NCBI GenBank assembly: GCA_028534125.1
Contig: CM052816.1
Location: forward strand, 70,248,001-70,312,000
Source of the DNA: Lama glama
Taxonomy: Eukaryota
Reading direction: 5' to 3'
DNA: 64,000 nt
A program made the position numbers and the translations under genes. Positions 53,370-64,000 of the stretch are shown in pieces (the stretch's first letter is position 1; every line of letters begins with the position of its first letter). Under the pieces are notes generated by a model that was not told where the DNA came from, searched no databases, and saw only the letters and a program-made list of their open reading frames with translations.

Positions 53370-55800
53370 TGAGTGTTAGCCTTCTCTAGAGAACTGCTCT
53401 CAGCCTAATGGGAGCTGCTTCACCTTGGATGTTATACCTCTGGGGAGAGGAGGGTCATTGAAGAAAGTAGCCCACACATCCCTTGCCTGAAGGTAGGAAC
53501 AAATCTGTGATATATTCATGCTGCAGAATTCCTTATAAATCAGGCAAAGTTGGCATGCAGCTGAGACTACATCCTTGTTCAGTTTTACCATGGCATAACC
53601 TGTTACCTTTACTCCTCTGCTCCTGAAAGTCATCTGTCAGTAAATCATTCTTACAAGAATTTCCACCTCAGGCTCCACTTCTAGGGCATTTGGTACTAGG
53701 AATAGTTCTAAGAAGCAAACTCTACAGATGGGAGTCCTGACTTGGATTATTCACTGGCCAGGGGGCAGTGAAAGCACCATCCTGATGGGTGATGGCCTGA
53801 TAGTTCCTGGCACACTGCAGAGGTGCACTTGTGGAAGTATCTACCTGTGGGATGATTCAGTGTCTCTGGCATCTGAAATGTATAAGGAAAAGAGTAACTC
53901 TGTGGATGGTGGGATGGTTTGCTTTTGCTAAATATGGCATTTTTATGTTGAAGAGAGATCGTGATCGTCTAGTATCTATTAATCATTAGTTCAAAGGAAA
54001 ATATGAGTCAGAGATCGTCCTTGGCAGCATTTAAAAAAACCTGAATTTCTGTGGATGGAGGGCAGACAAAGCTGATGGCCTGGAATAGGACTTAATTGTA
54101 AGCGGCAGAAAACTTCAGAGAAAGTTGAATTTTCAGCCTAGACAAGTCTCTTATGCCAAAGTCAGAGCTCTGATAAGGAAAGAAGTGGGAAACTGAGATG
54201 GAGATATCTGGGTAGATGCACTTGAAACCCCAGATTTTCCTGAACTTCCTGGTCTTCAGATTGACTATTATCCTTTATTGGATGATACTGTTTCCTCTTC
54301 CCTGTTTAAAGACCATATAGAGGTCTCAAAAGAGATGGGCATCTTTAGGAAAATCTTCCTTGTGAGCTGTTCCCCCACTGCTTACCAGACCCATAACTTG
54401 GTCAGATTGTAGAAGAATTAGACTGGGGAAGTGTTAACCTTCCTAAAGCAGAAGAGGTATTAAATACCAAAAGAACTCCTGGATCTAGTTAACATGTACT
54501 GGCAGGATCAAAGAGACAGTGCCTGAGGGTGGGTCCTGAAGCTACCAGGGAGTAATATAAAGCTGGATAAGGGATAGTGTATTGATGTGGGAACATTCTT
54601 GTGTGACACAGGATTTAACACTCCAGCAAGGGTCCCAAGAAGCAGTTTTTTAATGCTCTAAAGGTATGGCTCTTAGAAGATTGGAAAAATGATGCCCTAC
54701 ACCCAATGTCAGCAATTTTTTTCTGTGATGGGCTAGATAGGAAGTATTTTACACTTTGAAAGTCACATGGCCAATATATAAACAAAGAGGTGTGGCCAAT
54801 AAATTGGGCATTTCAATAAAACTTTACTTACAAAAAAAAAGGAAGGGCACTGAATTTGGCTCAAGGGCCATAGCTTGCTAACTGCTGCTCTACCTTTAAT
54901 GAAATAGAGGTACCAACACTTCTGTGGAAGACTATAAAGGAAGGTGTTAAGAGTTCAGGGAGTGGGTATCCTATTATGGGCCTGTTATATATGACTGGAA
55001 AAGCCATCATCTGATTATACTCCTTGGGAGGCCTTAAAGATTTTATTTATTAAAATCACATAGAATGTGCTGGTGAGGAAAAACCAGTATCTTTAAGAAG
55101 TGTTGAGGTGGCTGTGCTCTGTACACAGAGTGTACACGACAGAGTGTACATGGTTGAGTGTGTATGTATGTGTCTGCTGTATAATCACATATACTGATGG
55201 CTATACTCACCTTCACTTCCATTGACCCATTTGGGGAATTTGTGCTTCTTGTTCCTACAACTCTAAGCTCTGTGAGTCTGGAGGTCCTGGTTTTCAGAGG
55301 AAGGACTCTTCCTCCGGAAGACCCATAAACATTTGTTCTGTGGTCATTGTGCCAGTAGATCAGCAGGCTAAAGAAACAGTTACATAACTAGGATAACTGA
55401 CTCCAGTCATGAGGAGGTAGGGCTGCTGCTAAATAATGCAGGCATGAAGCATAATTTTGTCACTAAGTTAATCTATTTTGGCATCTTTTGGTTTTCCCAT
55501 GTCCAGTTTTAAGTGTAAATGCAACCACAACAATCCTGGCCTGATAAGGACATGGTCACTAGGGACTTCAATTCTTAAGGATGAGGATCTACCAAGCAAA
55601 TCACCTAGCCCCTCCCCACCCTATCCCTTGCTTTTGCAGTCAGAGCTTTTACATGGATATAATAATTTGTGAATAGTGAAAACAAAAAGAATGATAAGTT
55701 CATCTGCCCTGCCTTGCATGCCTTATTCTCTTTCTCCTGATACCACTTTCTCAATTAATCATTGCACCAGAATCCTCATCAAAGGGAACCTGATCTAGGG
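53370..55800 (+). mobile_element. Second ERVL/ERV16-like provirus remnant: LTR16-like 5' LTR (to ~53690), PBS, deleted internal region and a probable 3' LTR remnant (~55700-55800)
   Basis: LTR end 'cacctcaggctccacttctaggg', then 'tggtactaggaatagttct' (tRNA-Leu-type PBS); internal sequence homologous to 39730-40810; 'agaatcctcatcaaagggaacctgatcta' resembles an LTR16 end. Confidence 0.7.
54705..54891. mobile_element. MER58A-like hAT-Charlie MITE nested in the ERV internal region
   Basis: 'tcagcaatttttttctgtgatgggctagatag...ttcaataaaactttacttacaaaa...ttggctcaagggccatagcttgcta'. Confidence 0.75.
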
Positions 55801-55910
55801 TAAGGTTTAAGGCAAATTTCTAAGAATCTTGCTGGTTACTAATTTCAGACACAGAACAGAGGGATTTCTCAGTAAGGGAAGGTTTGATCAAAGAACTACC
55901 CCAAAGATGT

Positions 55911-55912
<2 letters not shown>

Positions 55913-55943
<31 letters not shown>
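55913..55943 (+). repeat. (CA)n microsatellite
   Basis: Seen directly. Confidence 0.95.
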
Positions 55944-55945
<2 letters not shown>

Positions 55946-58510
55946 AATATATATGTACATAGATGGATTTGAATATGTATAAACCACCAATATTTTGTGT
56001 ATTTCAGTAGATGAATAAGCCAAGCTCCTACTCACCCAAATGGCTTGGGAAATTTTATCTTAGCATTCAGGAAAATGAAAGGTTCAAATCCTGAGTGGTG
56101 GGCATGCCTGTTTCAGTGACTTGTGGGCACATGTATCTTCTTGAAAAGGAATGTAAGCTGTGTTCCTGCATGGGAGTGCTGGGGATGAATGCGTGACTCA
56201 ATCTCATGTCTTGGAAAAGAACCAGCAGGCACATGGCCTGCTGAGTAGGGCACAGGTGAAGTAGTTTTGATTTACAGATGTACTTTGGGAATATTTTATA
56301 TTAGGCAATAATCACAACCATCAAACTAGTCCTGGATCTAATTCTTTGGACTTGGATGTAAGTGGACCTTTGCAATGAGAGATATTGCAATTAATACAAT
56401 AATTTTTAAATAGCTGAAGTGAAAAGGATGATAAGATCATCTGCCCCGTAGACACAGATACATGTATATTTGAAAAGTTATGATGAGAGAAGATACCCAA
56501 TGACTTGTAAAAGTCAACATCCCAGCAGGAATAAACAAAATAAGTCAGAAGATCTGAAACTGAAAACTCCAGAATTTTGAAAAACTGCTTTATTTGCATG
56601 CTGGAAGATTTACTGAAGCCACATGTGTGGTTATTGAAATATTTGATAAATGTCAACGTGAATCTGGCCCAACATTTTAGTATATTTGATTTAGTTTCAT
56701 TAACTATATAATTTTGAAGTTGGACTTGTCAGCAATCTCTCATATGCCAAGAATAAGAAAAGAAAACTTAGGCAATTGATTTTATCTAATAATAAATAAA
56801 GGTTGCTCAGGCCTTCTTCCATGAGGACAGGAATGCTTCAAATCCTTTGGGGGATTTACCAACCAAGGTATTTAGGGTGAGGAGAACAGATGAAAAGAAT
56901 GTCAGGGATGAATAAGAAAGCTCCACAGGAGCAGAGGAGGGAGAAGGGGGCCAGGAGAGCGAGGTCTGAACGTTTGCTCTAGAAGGGTGAAAACTTGCAG
57001 TGCAAAAAAGGAGTTTTGGGTTGCAGTCTTGATAGATTCTACATGCTAAGGGCCTGATGGAATTTCTTTCAGGGCTTTGCAGTTCTGTTTCTAATAGCAT
57101 TTCCTTCAAGTTCAGCTATATGTGGTTGCCCTGTTATTCCTTCCTGTTTGACTATTTCTCACCAACTTGACTAGGAAAATACCAATCAAGAAGATCGCTG
57201 TGGCAGGCTTTCCCTTTCTATTGCAGGACAACTCAGATAACACAGACTTCGTCCTCTGAGTCATCGGCATGGGGTGGAGGTTTGGCATCTGGATAGGAAA
57301 TGATCTAGGCAAGTGATAAGCTGACATCAAAAGACTTGACGCTCAGGTCTATGGAAGCACCTAAGAGGATGGACACTTCTCCAAACCCCAAATGCTCTTG
57401 AAAGCCAGCAAATCTGGACTGGAAATCTTACAATAAGATAATTTCCCATGAAATTTCTGGTACTTTGTTTCCCATCAGGTCATATATGTCGTGAGAACAG
57501 CTTTTCTTGTATTTAAATTTGTGCAGTGCCAGTTTAGGTCTTGGTCCAGAGCCAAACATTCAGATAGGGGAAGACATTGAAAGAAAATAAGTCAGTTGAC
57601 CATTTTGGGAGAGCCCAGAGAGTTCTGTGCACATTCTGATCCAGAAGATGCTGGGAAGGATTCTTAGTTTTGTAAGCTGGTCGCCTCATCCCTCTAGCAA
57701 AGCAAGAGATGTGTACAGTTCGGTGGTTCTGACAGGTATCTGGCTGAGGGCCTCTACCAGAGTCATCTTTCTGCTGAGAAGTGACTGTTTCAAGTGAATG
57801 GTGTTGGGACTCTAATAGGGGAATCTCAGCTGGCACATAGCTTGTAAATCGTTAGTCATGTGTAAATAGCCAAGAAACACACTCCAGCTGAAGATTTAAA
57901 TTGTCTTCTGAAATGTGAGGAACCACTGGGCTTGCAGTATTGGAACATATAGGAATAAAAAGACAGGTGCGATTGTGAAGGTGGAAGTTGGTACTGCAAA
58001 GTGTACAGATGGGACCCTTTAGGTACACATGACTCCCCCAAAAATGATGGGTGTGGGAAAAGGGAGGTTGTGGTGGTGAAGAGAGGCCTAAGTGTGGAAA
58101 GAAGTACATCTTTGCTATAAGCCCTCTAATTCCCTAAGACCAGATCAGAACCTGGTCTCTTGGAGACTGGCCTCTATTGAGATCTTTTATATATGACTTT
58201 TAACTTTTTAAAAGTCGCTGAAACAAACATGAAAGAGGACAGTAGATATGAAGGTAGCAAGCACACTTTGATTGATTTCATTAACTCCTCATTTCATCTA
58301 CCAGAAATTCCAAGTAAAATAACTGTTCGAAAGGGCACATGCTTATTTTCATTGCAAATGAATTCTACTTTTCTCTATAAGTTACTGGAAAATTCTGGGG
58401 CCTAATGGTTTATTGGTTCAGTCTTTCAGCATTCACTTACTGAATGTTTACTTTCAGACACTGCTCTGGGGTTACACGTGTGAAGGAGACAAGGATGGTT
58501 GCCCTCTGAA

Positions 58511-58666
58511 CGGGGCTGGCTGCCCGGGTTTACATCTGCAGGGATGCAGGACCCCTCCTGGGAGGCCCGATGTTTGGCTTGATGCACAGGTGTCACTGTC
58601 TTGACATTCTTAAAGATTTTTGATTTTCATCTACACTAGGCCTTGCAAAGTATGTAGCTGGTCCTG
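58511..58666 (+). mobile_element. MER45A-like MITE nested in a minus-strand L2 (~58415-58800)
   Basis: 'cggggctggct...gtcttgacattctta...ttttcatctacactaggccttgcaaagtatgtagctggtcctg'. Confidence 0.7.
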
Positions 58667-60739
58667 CTTCAGAGGCTTAAGAAAAAAACGTATGAATAAA
58701 TAGCTATAATACAAAAATAATCTCATACAATGTGATCATGTTACAAGAAAGAAAACAGCTAGCATATACCAAGTGCTGTGTTGTGAATCCCAGAAGGAGG
58801 TGTACCTACTTGTGCTTGTAGGAGGTTGTATGTTTTAATTTAGGATGTGTCATTTTAGTGAGAATTCAATGCAGATTTATACCTTATGACTGTTTCTTTC
58901 CATTTTGCCAAGACACTGCAAAGTTGTACTAATTTGCGATGATTAGTTTAGTCTAGCAAAGCCCACAGCGCAGACAGCCAGAGGTTATGACTGGCTAACT
59001 TGTCACAGGCTATTCTTACTTCCCATTGACTATCATATGGAGCAAGCCTTGAGGGGAGGGGGCAGAGATTATGATGCAAAGAAGTGTGAATGTATGTGTG
59101 TGTTTGTATGCATAAAAATGCACACAGCATTTCAGCTAGAGACAGACAGATAGATAGTTGGTAATTAATTGTTTTGCACTGCGTTGGTAAAAAGCATATT
59201 TTAGTAAACTCCAGTGACTGGATTGTTGGGGAGAACTGCTAAGGGTAAGTGAAGGTAGGGATTTGGTGCTGATAAAGATCTGTATTTAGAGACAGAAATT
59301 TAGGATATAAAAGGATAAAGATAGCAAGAAACTGAAAATAATGATACTACCCTATATACAGTAATATAGAAACTCTCTGTTTTGTATTCTAATCAGTTTC
59401 TCTGGCAAGTTAACAACAATAGCCTTTTGTCTTTTCATCAAGTGGGAGGATGGGAGGTTTTTTTTTTAGGAAGCAATCTAAATGTCAGAGTTGAGCACTG
59501 GAACACCCAAAATTACCATTCTCTGCAAAGATGTTTTTTGAAGCTGTTGGCATAGAGGATTGTCTTTAGAGATGTTTTTACTACATTGTGTGAGCAAATC
59601 TTAAATTTTTTTTTTGTTATAGAAGTTTCCCCTTCATCCAACATCATCCCTCTTTAAAACTGAGCTTTCTTGCACTTCATCTCCAAAGGGAAAAAAAAAG
59701 CAGTCAACTCAAATGCCATGCCATTCAGAAAAGAGTAACACTGCTTTTAATTTTGTTTCCATTTATTTTAAGAGGATTGGTTTTTGCCTGAGCTGTAGAC
59801 TACACATCTAGAATCTATGTTTAGTAAAAGGAAAAAAGAATGGATTTTGAAAGAAAAGACAGAGGCCTTGATAACAATTAAATGTGATAAAAATGGAGAA
59901 GAGATCATAAACCTATAGGCTTGGGCAGGAGAGAAGAGATAGACACAGTGGGACCATTGTGTTTTGCTGGCAAGCATTATGATATAGTGGGCATTGTCAC
60001 CTCACCTTTGAAAGCAACATTTGCTTTCAATGCAAGTTTCAAACCAAGTTAATAAGTGAGATGTTTTGTGGACATAAAAAGTTTTGAGGAAAGGAACATA
60101 CTGAAAAAAAGTATAAAAATTTAACATAGATAAGTCCTACAGCATGTTGTTATGTCACACTGAAGTGTGCCTGTGCACTTGTCTTTTTGGAAAATAAAGC
60201 TGCATGAATAATTTTTACAGTTTTGCATATCAGAAAGACATGATTGATTAAAGTATGGTTTATTTGAATAGTACGGGAGTATTTGTCCCAGTTTCATAGA
60301 TAAGACCAACATGCCCAGAAGAAAGAGCACACAACCTGGGTGGTGGCTCTGCGACCTTTATCACTATCACCATCAACACCATTGGGCAACTAGGATACTG
60401 TACATTTTGGCATGTTGAGCTTCACAACTGTGATACAGATATCAGCTGCCTGGATGTTTTCAATTCTCCCAGAATACTGAGGTCACCCTATTCAGTCAAC
60501 TAGGAAACCAACATCCTTGACCACATTCCTTATTTCCAAAATCTCTAACGATGCTTAGGGTTGCTGTTTTTTTCTCATTACTACCATCTCTGTTCTGAAT
60601 CTTTCCTTATGTGACTGTTGGTCTCTCTTGTTTCCATACCACTTTTACCCATTCTGGACACTGCCTTGATTATTTCAGTTCCCCAAAGTGCCAGTAACAC
60701 AAGGCTGAGTCTGTAGCAGACTTTTGCTTTGAGAGTAAT

Positions 60740-61084
60740 TGATATGGTCTGAATGTTTGTGTCCTCCGAAAATTCGTATTTTGAAACTTTAATTTCCAAT
60801 GTAATGGTATTTGGGAGATGGGGCCTTTAAGATGTAATTAGGTCATGAGGGTGGAGCCCTCATGATGCCATTAGTGCCCTTTTAAAAAGAGACACTCAGA
60901 GTTTGCTTATTCTCTGTGTGCATGCACCAGAGAGAGGCCATGTGAGGACACAGCCAGGAAGAGAGGGCCCTCACCAGCAACCAAACCATGTTGGCACCTG
61001 ATCTCCAGAATAATGAGAAATAAATATGTATTGTGTAAGCCACCTAGTCTATGGTCATTTGTTATAGCAACCGAAACTAAGACA
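60740..61084 (+). mobile_element. MaLR solo LTR (MLT1A-like) with 5-bp TSD GTAAT
   Basis: 'tgatatggtctgaatgtttgtgtcc...ttgttatagcaaccgaaactaagaca'; GTAAT at 60735-60739 and 61085-61089. Confidence 0.9.
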
Positions 61085-62289
61085 GTAATGAATTAATGAA
61101 GTGATTACACAATATAACTATAGAGACAAAACAAGAAATAGAATATTAATCTTCACTGCTCTAACGTTCATTAGCAGTTCCCTACCCGAACACATTTTTT
61201 TCTTTCTGTATACCCTCCTTATGTTTTGGCTGCCTTCATCTTTTTGTCTCTGGTCCCACTCTGCCTGCTAGCCTCCAATCCCCAAATTCCCATTAATTCT
61301 TTATGAAATATGATTTAGCTTTCTTGCCCCTACTCTAAGGTGGGTATATGACTGAGCATGTTTTAACATAAAAGACTTTCTATTGCGGGTGACTGCCATT
61401 TCACAGCACAAAAGTTTTAAGGATCTCTGCTAACCTAAAAGGCTTTCTACCATGTGTGTCTAAAATTTAACAGTGCAAACAAACAAAAACAAACTAGCAG
61501 AAGCTCTGAAATTTCATTTTTTTCTTTCAGCATGACCAAAACCTTTGATAAGCTTCCCTCTGCCTGGTTAAAGCACAGACATGGAATATTTTGTTCTCCT
61601 TTCTTTTGGAGCACAGATTAAACACCAATGATGCTTGTAGTCTTAAGATTACAAACTGAAACAATTCAGTGTAAATTGGGTAAATAAATAGAAGAATCTA
61701 TTCATACAAAAAAAATTTAGGAAACTCTAGGTCAGACTTTGTGCTCTAGACTTTCATATACACTATTTCTTTAATTTTTACAACAACCTGGTAGGTAGTT
61801 TTTAGTCATCTCGATTTCACACATCCTAAGATATTGAGTGGCATTCAGTTAGAGATGTTGACTAGTGGATCACTACATTTCAGGATGTGTACTCAGTTTA
61901 ACAAATTAATGATTTATACAATTCCATATACTTTGAAATGATCAGGATTTCAGTAATGGATTCACACTACCTAAATCCACAAAAGGCTGATAAAAAGTCC
62001 CCAAATGCCAAAATTTTAACTTATAATAAGGTACATCTATTCCCGATGATCATAACTTTCGTGTTTTTCATCCTTGGAAACTATTTCTTCCCTCCTGTAA
62101 TCAGTATATTCAGGAGTCAAACCATTAATCACAAATACGTAATTAGAAAAATAAGAGTAAATGTTTGGAGATATTTTACCTACTTTCAGCAAACCTTGAT
62201 GAGCTATTACTACCCCAGTGTTTCCTCCAAGGAGACAGTGCGAGCCAACCTCTTTCCCTGATACATATTTTCTTAAGATCGATTATGTT

Positions 62290-62450
62290 ACTGGCTTATA
62301 TATAGTCAGGTTGTTAATTCATGGGGCTGAAAAAGAGTTCATTCCTCAGACTTCTGGATTGCCCCCAAGTCCTAGTTTTTATACACCACAGAGGAAACGG
62401 AAGGCTGAGATTAAATGACTCATCCAGTGTCACACAGGTAGCAGGTGCCA
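62290..62450 (-). mobile_element. MIR fragment
   Basis: 'cagaggaaacggaaggctgagattaaatgactcatccagtgtcacacaggtagcagg'. Confidence 0.5.
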
Positions 62451-63109
62451 GTGCTTTTTGCTGCCACACAGCAGAGGGAGAGCCACTGTTTGGTTAACTA
62501 AGAGAGGCTATAACATCAAGAGCAGCACAAGTGAGTGGGCCTTGATTTATATAAGAGGAATAAAATTATTTATGTGTAACTGGAACACAAAACATGGCTA
62601 CAAGTGTTCTTACAGTCTGTCGCTTTTCCCACTCCCATGAGAGGAAAAGATTCTTGCCCTCTGCTCAGTTTCCGGGCTCCCCTTTGGGGTAAAGAACCTT
62701 TAGTAATGGGCAGGAAAAGCAGAGAGGAAAAGGAAAAGAAATCCAAAAGACTGAGTTGATTTACAGAAGAGCTGGGTGGTAGGGGGGAGAGTAAAGGGAG
62801 GAAGCGAAAAGCTTTATGGGCTTGATGTCAGAGAGAACTTTTGTTGCAAAATGGCAAGTGGGAAGCAAAGAATAAAAGAGTCTAGAGCAGCTTCTCTGAG
62901 GGGGAACTGGAGAGCAGAGACCAGGAGTTTAAAAATTCTTGCTCTGGGTTATGAGTTAGATTCTTTTATTAGCCTCAGTTGTTATTAATGAACTGATTCT
63001 TTGAGCGAGCCACCTTGGCAAGGCTGGGTCACTTGGAGCCCTGGAGTTTTTTGCATCGCAGTTAGAGGAAAGACACATTGTTCTTGAAGACATACCTTTG
63101 AAGTAGGGT

Positions 63110-64000
63110 TAGGACTGCCATCATGGGCATGTGGCCAGTGCAGTGGCAAACGTCCCTGCACTCAAAGGATTCCATGTTTGCCAACTGTATTGTGAAGTTC
63201 TTGATAAATTTATTTTTGACTTGATATCTTTTGAGTGAAGTCTGATGGGACAGTGGAGCACGGGTGCAGAGGAGGGCTGGTGGCAGTTGGGCAGCAACTG
63301 GGAGTGGGGCATGGTGGCGGTGGTCCCAGTGCCCGAGATCTGGAGCACCAGGTGGCACAGCAGAGTCTAACGTTTTTGCCCATCCTGATCCAGGAACTGA
63401 GGGATTCCCAGTACGGAGGTTTAAAGATCCTTGGGGGCTTTCCAGAGTTTGGCTAGAGGGAAGGGGAAATGCCTGACCTGACTTCCTCCAGGACAGCTGG
63501 TGGGAGGTGGGCCTGGCAGCATGAGACCCGAGGGAATCCACGCAGCGCTCCAGCTCTGCTCTGTGTTGCAGGGCTGGATTGCCAGGGCCTGGGGTTGGGC
63601 GGCGGGAGTGGCCTGAGATGTCTATCTCCTGGCAGGTATCTCTGTGGCCTAGAGGGCTCCCTTAACCTGCTCTGTGCTTGCAAACATACTCTTTTTCTAA
63701 TTCCAACCATCCTGAGCCTAACTTGTGTTTGTCTCTTCTGATCAGCTCAGAGGGCCTCTGGGGAGGAACCACGAAATGCGAATTGCAAAATTCTGGTAAT
63801 TCTCCCTACCAGTTAAATACTCTGATATTTCCATGTAAAACTCACTGCACAATATAAATTGATGATAACACTCATACTAATAATTTAAATTTTTAATTTT
63901 CTTTACTTAGAATGACATTGAATAGTAAATAAAAACCAACATAACAAGTCGAGAGAGAGGTCATTAGAAGAAAAGACAAAGCTTTATGTTTTAGTACCTT
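63110..64000 (+). mobile_element. MER45B/C-like hAT-Tip100 element running off the window end
   Basis: 5' end 'aggactgccatcatgggcatgtggccagtgcagtggca'; 3' region 'tttctttacttagaatgacattgaatag...aagtcgagagagag...gctttatgttttagtacctt'. Confidence 0.7.

Noticed and set aside
63062..63741. Overlapping ORFs and GC-rich patch resembling a gene or CpG island
   Set aside because: Inside a MER45-like element, with no recognisable protein

Overview
AT-rich mammalian non-coding DNA, probably camelid (inferred from the young L1 3' tails and the absence of ruminant, pig or primate SINEs). I can support no intact protein-coding gene. The window holds two processed pseudogenes on the minus strand: DENR (about 0.74-1.86 kb) and RPS11 (14.57-15.15 kb, with a target-site duplication, TSD). 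It also has many old repeats (L1, L2, MIR, CR1/L3, MaLR and ERVL LTRs, two ERVL/ERV16-like proviral remnants, hAT MITEs) and a 500-N assembly gap. The standout is an apparently full-length, decayed autonomous piggyBac DNA transposon at 17864-20890. It has a TTAA target, CACGTTGATC-type termini, subterminal palindromes and a minus-strand transposase traceable from the acidic N-terminus through the DDD core to the Cys-rich C-terminus, and a young L1 with a 17-bp TSD interrupts it. Just upstream is an unexplained ~240-bp inverted duplication (16157-16397 / 17597-17828) whose inner ends are MER91-like arms around an L1 fragment. Repeat family names come from recall of consensus sequences, not a database search, and most repeat boundaries are approximate.
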